DNA of 64,000 bases from Octopus sinensis (GCF_006345805.1 NC_043011.1:44838464-44902463), one strand, 5' to 3'; counted from the stretch's first letter, positions 11,993-23,199 are shown. The notes: generated by a model from the sequence alone, not told the origin. Numbers and translations are program-made.

Positions 11993-13039
11993 CAATTTAA
12001 CACGTACGAAAATAGATAAGCGCATTCTTGAGGAATTAAAGCTAAGAAAAGGCAAGAGGAAATAAAGCATAATAAAGGGTAGAGAGGTATATCGTCCGAC
12101 GTTGGCTTGAATGGCTGAAACTTCGAAGTCACTGTCAATGATATTCTTGTTTAAGAATAATAAATTTCTACTCTACAAAAGTGTAGTGTAACTCATCAGA
12201 TTAATGTAAAAAAAAAAAATTTTATTAGTATATTTCGTTATAGTATCCGGTTTGCAAGATTCTTAATGTGAATTCCAGAATTCTTGTGTTGAAACAAATC
12301 TTTTGTATTACGAATAGCAGCAAAAAAACTTTGACGAACATAATCCCCCCCCCCCCCCCCCCGCCCCCCCTGTCCCCGTCCCCCGCCCCCCGCCCCCCCG
12401 TCCCCCCCGTCCCCCCAAAACATTTTAACCAATAGGTTAACGAACGACCAATTAGTTAGTTGGGTAGATATTTAAACAATTGACTAATACGGAAGTGGAA
12501 TTGGACCTGGGCGTGTGGTATTATTAGCACAATGGCTCTCCCAAGATACAACGAAATTTGTTTTTATTATAACTGAACATAAAATCACACACGCACGTAC
12601 GCACGCACACACACATGTATGTATGTATGTACGTATATATTATATTTTAATGGTTTTAGAAGTGTCACACGAATAAACTTATATTGAGAAAATGAAAGAA
12701 GAATTTGTTTTGAAAACTATTTTATGGAAAACAATAAGACAGTAAAAAAAAAAATTGCAACGTGGAAGGTGTTTATAAGCCATTTGAAAACACACAAAAA
12801 CCATTAGATTCACCTCAACATTTAAATTAAATTTATCAAAATATTATCGTCGCTTGCTATAAATCTCCGTAAATAAGACAGTATTTACACTTTTAACAGA
12901 GTAGGTACCGGTTTCGATCACTTTGAGAAGATGTATGTATGGTTGTACGTGTGCTTAATACTATATATAACTTTTATACATTTATATATAAGTTTTGTGG
13001 ATGTACAAGTCTCTATACTCTCTATTGTTATTATTGAGT

Positions 13040-13590
13040 GAGAGAGCAGTGCATGCCATCAAAGTGACACTGGGGTAAAATATACGAAGCCCAGCATACC
13101 CATCATGACTACCCGTCTGATAAGGGTTCACTAGGCACATGCATCACAACCATATGTGCGCGACATAGTGATTTCATATCAAGATAAACAGCACATGACC
13201 TTCCAAATGGGGCCCAGTTAGAATTTTCTTCTGGTCGAGTAACCCATCCCACTGAAAAGGTCCCTGAATAAGGATTGTTCAAGGATGTTGAACGAACCAC
13301 CCATGTTTCCAAAGGTGAATTATCCAAACCTCTAAGAATTCCTTTCAACACACGGCTATGATGCTCCCCCACTACTTCTTCTCGTGATCACAGATACACA
13401 TATCGTCAGCCACTAAGGGACATGCTCAACTGCTTAATGTCAAACAACTGACAAGCAAAACTGTGGTATTGAGCAGACTATATTTGTTGTAGCCCATCTT
13501 TTATACCAAATAAAACAATGTACATGATAACACTTCCAATCAATTAAGATCAGAAGCCATGAGAGCCACTGCCTGGTACTACATCAGGGC

Positions 13591-13592
<2 letters not shown>
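13040..13592. repeat. About 550-bp interspersed-repeat-like segment ending at a (TTA)n array; class unassigned
   Basis: Higher-complexity block bounded by TTA repeats; no recognisable protein in the ORF track. Confidence 0.35.
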
Positions 13593-13636
<44 letters not shown>

Positions 13637-13674
13637 TATTATTATTATTATTATTATTTATATTATTATTATTA

Positions 13675-13705
<31 letters not shown>

Positions 13706-14014
13706 GATACACACACATACAAACATACGCACTCAGACACACACATATGTGCGATCAAAAATGGACACGAACACCATTCCTCCACGTGATCGGCTTGAAA
13801 AATTGTTATATTAAGATATTTTTCTTAACATGAAACCAACGGTAGCCTTAATACACAAATATAGAAATTCAATCCAGCAATGTGCTATTGAATAGTCATT
13901 CTCATCGTTCGACATTTACGCATACACTTTAGATTGTTGGCGATCCCACACTTTAGATTGTTGGCGACCCCCCCCCCACCGTCTTCCTTCTCTTCTGGAC
14001 TTTCCTCTGTCTCT

Positions 14015-14051
14015 TGTTTCTGAAGAAGAGCTTTGCTCGAAACATAAAACA
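14015..14051 (+). ncRNA. Minimal type I hammerhead ribozyme motif with one mismatch in stem III
   Basis: tgttt-CTGAAGA-a-gagc ttt gctc-GAAAC-ATA-aaaca. Stem I is 5 bp and stem II is 4 bp. The expected GTA triplet reads ATA, consistent with CpG decay. Confidence 0.6.
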
Positions 14052-14234
14052 CCCTTTCTTTCCTTCCCCGAGCGTCTTATTGATACTTGCATGTACCACG
14101 TCCTCGCTTTGTTGTTTTTCCTTGTCTTTTTTTCCCGTTTTTTTATATTAACTATGTATGTATGCATGTATGAGTGTTGCGCGCGCGTGTGCGTGCCCGT
14201 TTGTATAAGAATATATGTATATATGTGCGACTGA

Positions 14235-14480
14235 GTGGAGGCGCGTGGCTTAGTGGTTAGGGTGTCAACATCATGATCGTAAGATTGTGGTTTCGGTTCC
14301 TGGACCGGGCGACGCATTGTGTTCTTGAGCAAAACACTTCATTTCACATTGCTCCAGTCCACTCAGCTGGCAAAAATGAGTAACGCTGCAATGGACTGAC
14401 GTTCCGTCCTGCTGGGGAGCACATACGCCATTGAAACTGGGCCCATGAGCTTGGCTAGGCTTTAAAAGGGCGCATTTATT
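14235..14480 (+). mobile_element. tRNA-derived SINE family D (other copies 35640-35985 and 42055-42380)
   Basis: ggcgcgtggcttagtggttagg A-box, ggtttcggttcc B-box, and core gtgttcttgagcaaaacacttcatttcac.ttgctccagt.cactcagctg. Confidence 0.8.
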
Positions 14481-14508
14481 TTTATATATATGTGAGACTG
14501 CCTGTGTG

Positions 14509-14563
<55 letters not shown>

Positions 14564-15029
14564 AGACAGACAGGGAAAGGGGGAGGAAAAGAATGTTTTT
14601 ATGTGTGTGTTGGACGTTGGAAAAAGATGAAGATATAATGAAGAATGCAGATGTATCAGCATCAGCAGCAGTAGTAGCAACAGCAGCAGAAGTAGTCGTA
14701 GTAGTAGTAGTAGTAGTAGTAGTAGAAAGAAAAAGAGAGAGAAAAGAGAGGGAGTGAAGTTGTGAAATGAAACAATGTACCCATTATTGTACCTGGGTAT
14801 AGTGTTGTTGTTACTGTTGTTGCTGGTGGTGTTTAGCCCTAGGTTAGCTTCTTTGTTTAATTAGATCTCTGATCAAAGGTGTTTTAGCCATGACCATCCT
14901 GTCGCTTTGCATATCAAGTATTACATTATCCGATGCGTCTTTCTTTCTAAGACAGTAGTGTGATTTGAAGGAGACTAGGCTGCTATTTCTAGTAGGCCAG
15001 GCAACCACAAAGAGTCTCTTTTCCTGTTA

Positions 15030-15760
15030 GTTCACAGTAAAGAGGTATGGGTGTTGGTGTTGGTAGTGGTATTGTGAATGGTGGCGATGTCGTTCGTGGT
15101 GTTCTCGATGGTGTTGGTAATGGTGGCGGTGGTAGTATTAATGGTATTGATGGTGGTGGTGGTATTGGTGATGGTAGTGGTGGTGGTGGTTGTGGTGATG
15201 GTGATAGTGGTAGTAGTAGTAGTGGTGGTATTGGTGGTGGTGATATTAGTGGTGGTGGTATTGGTGGTTGTGATATTAGCGGTGATGGTATTGGTGGTAG
15301 TGGTGTTAGTGGAATTGGAGGTGGTGGTATTGGTGGTGGTGGTGATATTGGTGGTGGTGGTGGTGGTGATAGTAGTGGTATTGGTGGTAGTGTTGTTAGT
15401 GGTGGTGTTATTGGTGCTTGTAGCGGTGTTGGTGCTTGTAGTGGCATAGTTGGTGGTGAAGGTAGTTGTGTTGGCATCGGTGTTGGTGTTGTAGTGTAGC
15501 AGCTTTCGCGTTGCAGGTATAGATGGTGGTAGAGATGTTAGTGGCAGTGTGGGTAGTAGTATTGTCATTGGACCTGTTACTGCTGGTGGTGTTAGTGTCG
15601 GTGATGTTGATGTTTGTTGTGTTGTAGTGTTGAAGGTGGCGTAGTTGCTATTGTTTTCGGTGGTGTTGTCGGTGTGGCGGCTGTAGTAGTGTAGGTGGTA
15701 GTGGTGTTGGTGGTGTTGGAGGTGTCAGTGTTTGTGCTATTGTTGCCTTGTTTTTGCTTT
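15030..15760. repeat. Degenerate (GGT)n/(TAG)n trinucleotide low-complexity tract
   Basis: Direct reading; gives open Gly-, Pro-, Thr- or Val-rich frames on both strands. Confidence 0.9.
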
Positions 15761-15993
15761 CTATCAAAGGTATTATTTGTTGACCAGATTCGTTATCTGG
15801 GTCAAGTCTTTTAATGACGTCAACTAAGTCATTAAATCAAATCCGTAGAACGAACTGAGAGGAGATGGTAGGTCATATTTTGAATTCTTTTATTTTTTAC
15901 TTGTTTAAGTCATTGGGCTGCGGCCATGCTGGGGGCACCGCCTTGAAGAGTTTAGTCGAACAAACCGACACAAGGTCTTACTTTGCCCACGGG

Positions 15994-16300
15994 CATATGG
16001 CGTAGTGGTTAACAGCGCGGGCTACTAACCCCAAGATTCCTAGTTCGATTCCAAGCAGTGACCTGAGCAACAACAACAACGATGATAATAATAATAACAA
16101 CAACAACAACAATAATAATAATAACATCGAAAAATACCTTTGGAATGAGAACCAAGGTTCGAAATTTCCCCAAGACACCTGATGAAGGCTGGAGGGTATA
16201 TCAGCCGAAACGTTGTGTTAACAACAAACAAAATGAGGACAAATATCTGTCAAATGTAAATAATGTACTTGGTTCCTCATCTCTTAAATATAGAACTGTA
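15994..16300 (+). mobile_element. tRNA-headed SINE-like element with internal (CAA/TAA)n and a hammerhead ribozyme, copy 1, nested in a family B tail
   Basis: catatggcgtagtggttaacagcgcgggctactaaccccaagattcctagttcgattcc (A- and B-box). Colinear with 27226-27524, both ending at ctcttaaatatagaactgta. Confidence 0.85.
16174..16219 (+). ncRNA. Minimal type I hammerhead ribozyme, core intact
   Basis: gacac-CTGATGA-a-ggctg gagggtatat cagcc-GAAAC-GTT-gtgtt. Stem I GACAC/GUGUU, stem II 5 bp, loopless palindromic stem III (ACGU), cleavage triplet GUU. Confidence 0.8.
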
Positions 16301-16501
16301 TTGTCTTACTTTTAAGTCTACTACTTATTCTATTGGTCTTTCAGTTTTTGACCGAACCGCTAATGTTACAGTAACGTAAACAAACCAACACCGGTTTTCA
16401 AGTATGAACACAAAATTACGCGCACACACATACATACTTATATACCTACCTACCTACCTACCTACCTACCTACCTACCTACCTACCTACCTACCTAACTA
16501 C

Positions 16502-16532
<31 letters not shown>

Positions 16533-16976
16533 CATACATACATACATACATACATACATACATACATACACGTATATAGTTTACTTTCCCTTTAAGGTAA
16601 AATCAGCAAAAATGTACTCCACCCAGAGAAAGATATTGTTTAACGTACACAATATATAGTTATGAGCTACTAATAGTTTCATACATTGGAGATATTGTCT
16701 AGGCGGATTGTAATAAAATGCCTATTGTCTTCAAGCAATCTACTAGCTCCGAGCACATGGACTATACAAATCACAAAGCAGGATAATAGAACAAAAGAAA
16801 TCACAAGAAATAAACGAGTGGAAGGTGATTTCGAAATGTGGAAGGGTGAAACAAACGGAAAAAGAAAGGAGAAAAAAAAAGAAGTTAATTTGAGTTATTT
16901 CCCCTTTGACCGTAAAGCCATAAAGCTAGCTGGTGTAAAATCAACGGAAGGGGTTTAAAGTCTGAGATACAGCTGT

Positions 16977-17385
16977 TCAATCCGGAGAGGATGGTGTTCT
17001 CCAAAGCGCCAAAAGAAACTTGTCCATACGTTTGTATTTGCTGAAAATTTCTGATCTCGAATTCAGCTGTGCGGTGAAATTCTTAGATGTAATAGATCTG
17101 AAAGGGCTATTCAACCTTTCAGCTGCGCATAACTTGCATTAATATATGGCATAGACTTTTCTACGATTTTCCACTTGATTGTATGAGGTGTGGAGTTGGT
17201 CTTCAAGTCCCAATACGTGGTTAGCCGAATTAGCGGCTTTCCTCTTGTCCATGTGCCGGAAAGTAGATAGGTGGTTAGCATCCTTTAAAGTCGCCCTTGC
17301 ATAACCCGATGTAATTATTCTTTTTGGTTAGGTTATCATGTACTGTTGCTGTGACTTCTGCGTGATATATAACGGAGTTTATTCG
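16977..17385 (-). pseudogene. Penelope-like element GIY-YIG endonuclease C-terminal fragment
   Basis: Manual translation across frameshifts: SVIYHAEVTATVHDNLTKKNNYIGLCKGDFK / NHLSTFRHMDKRKA / WDLKTNSTPHTIKWKIVEKSMPY / CKLCAAERLN / LNSRSEIFSKYKRMDKFLLAL. This is the VIY..YIG..FK.R..NH..W.I..C.LC..E..LN.RSE pattern of PLE endonucleases. Confidence 0.85.
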
Positions 17386-17587
17386 TAACTTAGATAGGCC
17401 ATGTGCTCAGAGCATATATATATTGCTTGGAGACACTAGGTGTATTATTAAAACCCGCTTAACATCCACAACGTATGACACTATTAGTAACTTATAAATT
17501 TATATACTGTGTGCATTAAACAATACATACATACAATATATATATATGTATGTATGTATCTGTATATGTGAGTATTACGTATGTATG

Positions 17588-17629
<42 letters not shown>

Positions 17630-17699
17630 TCTATATATATATATATATAGATATATATTATATATATATATATATATATTAAATAAAACTTATATATAA

Positions 17700-18000
17700 A
17701 GGACGTGAAATTCACGAATTGACAACACGAAAAACGGACGTAATTCAGAGCCTTCATTCTCAGTCAGAAACCGATTCATCATGGCAAATTTCGGCTGTTT
17801 AATTCTGAGATTTGCTCCGAAAAGGCCAGCCCCAAGGCAAAAGCTAAGCTATGAGCATTAGATTTGCTTGTAGAAGGAAAGAATGTGACAACCGAGACGA
17901 ATAGGAAAACAAGAGACGAAGATAAAATTTACAGTAACGAATAAAAACAGGAATATATATATATATAACGGGAAGCTTTATGAAAATAAACAAAAGACGA
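17700..18000. repeat. (TA)n-adjacent dispersed repeat (family shared with 45430-45890)
   Basis: ggcaaatttcggctg..gagatttgctcc..ggccagccccaaggcaaaagctaagcta.gagcattagatt, versus gcaatttcagctg..gagattgctccaatctggccagcctcaaggaaaaactaagctaagagcgttagatt. Confidence 0.65.
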
Positions 18001-18332
18001 AGGCATATATATCTTGTCAGGTCGTTCTACCATTACCGGTAACATGTAACTCAGTACAACCTATTGTGTGGTCAGGTCGTCGGTAGCTAAACCAGCAACC
18101 CCGTCTAGCTTGCTTGATTAGGATGTATGAGAAACAAGACCCGTCAAATGGCGGAGGACCTCATGAAAGTAACGGCCGTCGAATATAGTCAGAGGTAGAT
18201 GGTGCTCACCAGTCAGAGTGAAGACAATTCATCCAGGAGAAGGAAATCTGTAAGTTAGAAACCATTCTGTTACTATTTTGCACAGGAAAAATTATGACAT
18301 GAAGATGGAGCTATAGCAGAAAATGCCTTATA

Positions 18333-18997
18333 TCTATAATAAGAAATGGCAAGTTTGTGTGTTTGTGAATTTGTTACTTTAACGAACAGACCTTGATGAA
18401 ACTTGACGTGTGGTGGTGTGTGTGGAGGGGGGGGCTTATGCCCATGCGGTCACTTACGCACTTGGAATTTTTTTTTTAAAAATCGATTTTAAATCAGCAT
18501 CGACTTTTCAAAAATCGCAAAATTTCGGCATTTTTTGCACTGGCCATCATGAAATTAATTTGACGAATAATGCCGAAATGTGACGGAAAATGTTTCTTGA
18601 GTATAAACAGACAGCTTATTAACGGTAATCGATTTAACATTTCCTAATTCTTCGTTTCAATGCAAATTGTTTTGATTTGCTAAAACTTATTATTTCAATT
18701 CGTTGTTTTAATTCCCTATTGTTTCAGATTTTGATTAGGTACGAGCATTTCTCAAGCAAAATTTAGGCATTTTGCGCTCTAGCCATCTTGACATCAGTTT
18801 GACGAAATCTGCCCCAAAGTGTAAGATTTCGCCATTTTACGCACATGCACGAAAATGACGACGACACGGGTTCGCTACCAGACTCTGCTCATTTTTTCGT
18901 TCAAATTGGTCCTACCCATTATTATAGATTTAAAATGTTTCATGGCTATAAACAGACATCTTATTAACGGTAATTTATTACCGGGTGCCTCAGCTAG
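18333..18997 (+). mobile_element. Probable non-autonomous Helitron
   Basis: Starts A|TCTATAATAAG followed by gtttgtgtgtttgt and accttgatgaaacttg. Ends ccgggtgcctcagCTAG|T. Internal duplication aaatgtttc..tataaacagaca.cttattaacggtaat at about 18588 and 18934. Confidence 0.6.
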
Positions 18998-19246
18998 TAC
19001 TTTTATATTTGACTGAGCCCGTCCCTCTCCAGATCTGTCCAGAAGGAGACAGACAGACAAACAGACGGAAGTGGAGAATGAATAAGATGTTATCGACTCT
19101 GAAAGGCTGAAAAGCGAAAATTGACTTCGGTGTGATTTGAACTTGAAACGTAGAGAACCGGAATGAATAACGCAAGCTAATCTATTCGACACTTTAACGA
19201 TCCATCCAAATCGCTGCCCTATATACACAACTATCTATCCTATCTA

Positions 19247-19322
<76 letters not shown>

Positions 19323-20635
19323 GCATGATTGGACATCTTTCGGGACTTTTCGACATTGCACGTTCGGTCCGTCACGGATACCCGCTCTCGTCGCTTCTGT
19401 ACATATTGACTCTCGAGCCACTACTGCGGAAGTTGGCGACGCTGAGGGGCATCCCGCGAGAACTGGGATGCGGGACGAGCGTGTCCGCATACGCACACGA
19501 CGTCACCCTCATAGTGTCTAGTCAGAAGCACATCGAGCTGGTCGGTGAGACACTGAAAGACTACGCAGCGATAACAGGAGCGAAAATCAACCGAGAAAAG
19601 TCAGTGAGCTTGCCGCTAGGCACCTGGAGAAGCAAGCCCATGCCGTCTAGCAACACCTCCGTCGTGAGACGCTGGACCGATGGTCCGGTTGAGTTGCTCG
19701 GGGTCTGGTTTGGTCCGTACCTCCAAACGGAGAAGAACTGGAACGAGATAACGAGTAGGGTGGCCACTCTCGCCCGGCAATGGGCCGAGAGGAAGCTGTC
19801 CCTAAAAGGTTGGGCGGAGGTGGCGAACACGTACGTTGCGTCCGTCATCTACTACCGCCTGACCATCGTGCGTTGTCCCGACCCTACCATCACCAAACTG
19901 GAATGCATTTTCTTCCGCTTCTTGTGGAAAGGTTGCATTCCGATGGTCAGGCGATCCGTTTGCTGCCAACACCCGTTAAAAGGAGGGCTGGGCATGCCGT
20001 GGTTGATGATGCGCAGACATGCACTGAGACTGCGACATCTCCGGCTCTACGTAGACGACGGTGAACAGGTGTGATCGCCGTTTGTGAGACGCGCTTTCCC
20101 GCACCTCGTCTCCATCACCGAACTGCAGTCATGGATCAAAAAGAGGCCGAGGAAGGGAGAATGGCGCCGTGAGTCTCGCGTTGCTCTCGAGGAATTATGC
20201 CGTTCCGGGTCGACCTTGAGCAACTGCAACACAACCAAAGCATTCTATAGCGGAGTAGTAGAGGGGCAGTATAACCACGATCTCGGGGAGAACCTGGGCG
20301 TCGACGAGGAATACCTAACCCGCTTGTTCGAGACTTTCGGGCCGGGACCTATGGACAACTTCCAGAGATCCCTATCCTGGCAGTGCTATCGAGAAGCGCT
20401 ACCCGTTCGAGATAAGCTCTACAGGCATGGCTCGAGAAACACGGGGCCGACCTGTCCGAGATGCGGTCAAAGCGACGAAACCGTTCTGCACCCACTCGTA
20501 GTGTCCAACCATTTCCGACTTGTGGCCCTATGTCGAACGACTGCTATTGCGTGTGGGACGAGTCAGTTTATCAACCGAGTCTATCGTGAATATTGTCGCG
20601 CCTCCTTCCTTGAAACGGGAAGGAAGAGCTATTTT
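19323..20635 (+). pseudogene. L1/Tx1-clade LINE ORF2 fragment (RT C-terminal half plus zinc-binding region), truncated at both ends
   Basis: ORFs 19325..20074 and 20084..20692 are in the same frame, separated by one TGA. Motifs: SVRHGYPLSSLLYILTLEP, AYAHDVT (YADD variant), GAKINREKS, KGGLGMP, WQCYREALPVRDKL..CPRCGQSDETVLH. Confidence 0.92.
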
Positions 20636-20900
20636 CGAGGTCGTAGGATCGTGGTTTCGATTCCCAGACTGGGCGTTATGAGTGTTTATTGAGCGAAAAC
20701 ACCCTAAGTTCCACGAGGCTCCGGCAGGGAGTGGTGGCGATCCCTGCTGTACTCTTTCGCCACAGCTTTCTCTCACTCTTTCGTCTGATGGCCTGCTCGC
20801 TTAGCCAGCGGAGTGGCGTCATTTGAAGGCTAAAACTATGCGAAGCGCATAGTGACCAGCGAGGTGTAGCAACATCAGATAGCCTGGTCGGTCCCGTGAT
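20636..20900 (+). mobile_element. 5'-clipped SINE family C variant fused to the Tx1-like fragment
   Basis: ggtcgtaggatcgtggtttcgattcccagactgggcgtt.tgagtgtttattgagcgaaaacacc, matching the copies at 36769 and 61047. Confidence 0.8.
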
Positions 20901-21005
20901 ATATATCTATATATTATATATCTATATATATATATATATATACATATATATATGAATGTGTATTATGTATGTATGTAGATATATATATAATATATATAAT
21001 ATATA

Positions 21006-21038
<33 letters not shown>

Positions 21039-21047
21039 ATATATATA

Positions 21048-21553
21048 CAACAATAATTGAGGAACGACCACAATAGGCCGTTCGACCCACTAGAAAGAGC
21101 AGCCAGGGCTCCAACCGCAAATAGTAGTAATTCCGAAATTTAAGGAAAAATTAAAAAAACATTTACCCTGTATCTTTAGACAATGCATTGTTTCGGCGTT
21201 TTTTAATGGCAAACCAGCCTGATTAAATTAAATTAAACCCAATCAAGTCAATCTTCTATAAGGTCACCGCTCAGGCATAGATGTTGCTGCCTCGAGTAAT
21301 TTCTGCCCATTTCTGGCTTCTTTACTGATGAGCGCGTGACCTTATGGAAGATTGACTTGATTGGGTTTATTTAATTTAATCAGGCTGGTTTGCCATTAAA
21401 AAAACGCCGAAACAATGCATGTTGTCTAAAGATACAGGGTAAATCTTTTTTAATTTTTCTTAAATTTCGGAATTACTACTATATGCGGGTGGAGCCCTGG
21501 CTGCTCTTTCTAGTGGATCGAACGGCCTATTGGGTCGTCCTCAATTATTCTTG
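21048..21553. mobile_element. Foldback element with arms of about 220 bp and a spacer of about 55 bp
   Basis: 21048-21273 is the near-perfect reverse complement of 21329-21553. Confidence 0.85.
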
Positions 21554-22693
21554 AATTTATTTATAGTCTCTGACTATTTCCTCTTTCTCACTAGACGCTG
21601 GTGGCAAATTATTTCTATTGAATTTTTTGCTACCCTAAATTGATTAATTATATATATATATATATAATATATATATATCTATATATATATATATATATAA
21701 GTAGGTGAATGAATTATCCTATGTTTATCTTCAACATGGAAAATTCGTTTAACCGAAACCTGGGTAGCAAATTCACGTCAGAAAAACACGGTTGAAGCGA
21801 CCTGTCAAGGGTAGAAACTCAGGGTTCATGTGTAGAAATTTGTGTGTGTTGTATATGAATAAATGAAAGAATGGAGTCGAACGAAGATGTTAACAAAATT
21901 CCTTTACTCTCGACACATATTTCGAAGACAGCATGTTTTCATTCCAAAGGAATAAAGGGTGCATTATGCAATCTTCTCATCAGGAAAGAAAGGGAGCCTC
22001 TCTCGACAACAAGACAAACAAAAATTTCGATGATTGCCTACATGGTAAACAAAGCGATAATGAGTTTTTTGTAAAACTTTAATAAACAAGCATTTTACAA
22101 AAATATATTGAGTAATTCTTCATTTTAATGTTAAATTGCTTTTATTAAAACTTGTCACAGAAACAAATACTAAAACAACGATATACATAGGCTAAGTATG
22201 CCATATGGATACAGATTTTAGTCTACAGTTACATCTATTGCATAGTATGTTCATGTAATTTGTATTTTGTATTTTGTTTTGTTTTTTGTATATATATATG
22301 TATATATATATATGTATATATATATATTTTTTTTTCGATTCAATTTATTATTATTATTATTATTACTAGTATTGTTGTTATACATACATACATACAAGCA
22401 TATGTAATGATAATAATGGGTGGATGTAAACATATGAACAAAATAAGAACAAACAAAAACAAAAAACAAAAAATACAAAATACAAATTACATGAACATAT
22501 AAAATTACAAATTACCATGAACATATATAAACAGCGATACAAATATTAAGGCATCCCCCACATACACACACTAAATAAACATAAACGCACATAGAGATAT
22601 AAGCATGCGCAAATGAAGACATACAATAGAAAGAAAAACAAAATGGCTGACGGTTAGTAAAGAGAGACACAAATAAGTAAGAAGAAAACAAAG

Positions 22694-22737
22694 GACCACT
22701 GATGCGGTCACAGGAGTGTGACGAAAGAACTCTGGCC
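22694..22737 (+). ncRNA. Hammerhead-like motif, second family (A9 replaced by C)
   Basis: gacca-CTGATGC-g-gtcac aggagt gtgac-GAAA-g aa c TC-tggcc. Confidence 0.55.
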
Positions 22738-22913
22738 GAAATAAGATTAAGATTAATGTAAAAAATAAATAACATTGAAGCAAAGTAACACCAAATATAT
22801 AGTGCGTGTGTTTTTATTGGCTAAACTGGCAAAATGACCATTCCTAAATACAACAATATCTGTTTCAAACACACGACTTCACATAAAAAATCTTGCACAA
22901 CAAATATTAAAAT

Positions 22914-22986
<73 letters not shown>

Positions 22987-23199
22987 TCACATATTTATAT
23001 ATGTGCGTATAATTAACAATATGTGTATAATTGACAATGTACTATTGTGCATGCATGACATGTTACGAGTGAGCTTTGAGCTCAGCAATCTCTAATTTCC
23101 CATTAATCTTCCTCATCCAACACAAAACGGGTCCAAACAACATCCTGGAAGAAGGGCGAAAGCACAGAGTCCGAGCCTTCTTATATAATGAGAAAAGTA

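Noticed and set aside
15032-15568. Gly-rich (or Pro/Thr-rich) structural or mucin-like protein
   Set aside because: Four overlapping frames are open because of GGT/TAG repeats; no splice or domain evidence.
15994-16066. Functional tRNA gene (likewise the other SINE heads)
   Set aside because: A/B boxes are present, but there is no closed acceptor stem, and the sequence continues into a repeat body present in multiple copies.
21871-22074. ORF in unique-looking sequence (also 6030-6130, 33108-33260, 38281-38547)
   Set aside because: Short, no domain motifs, no consistent splice signals.
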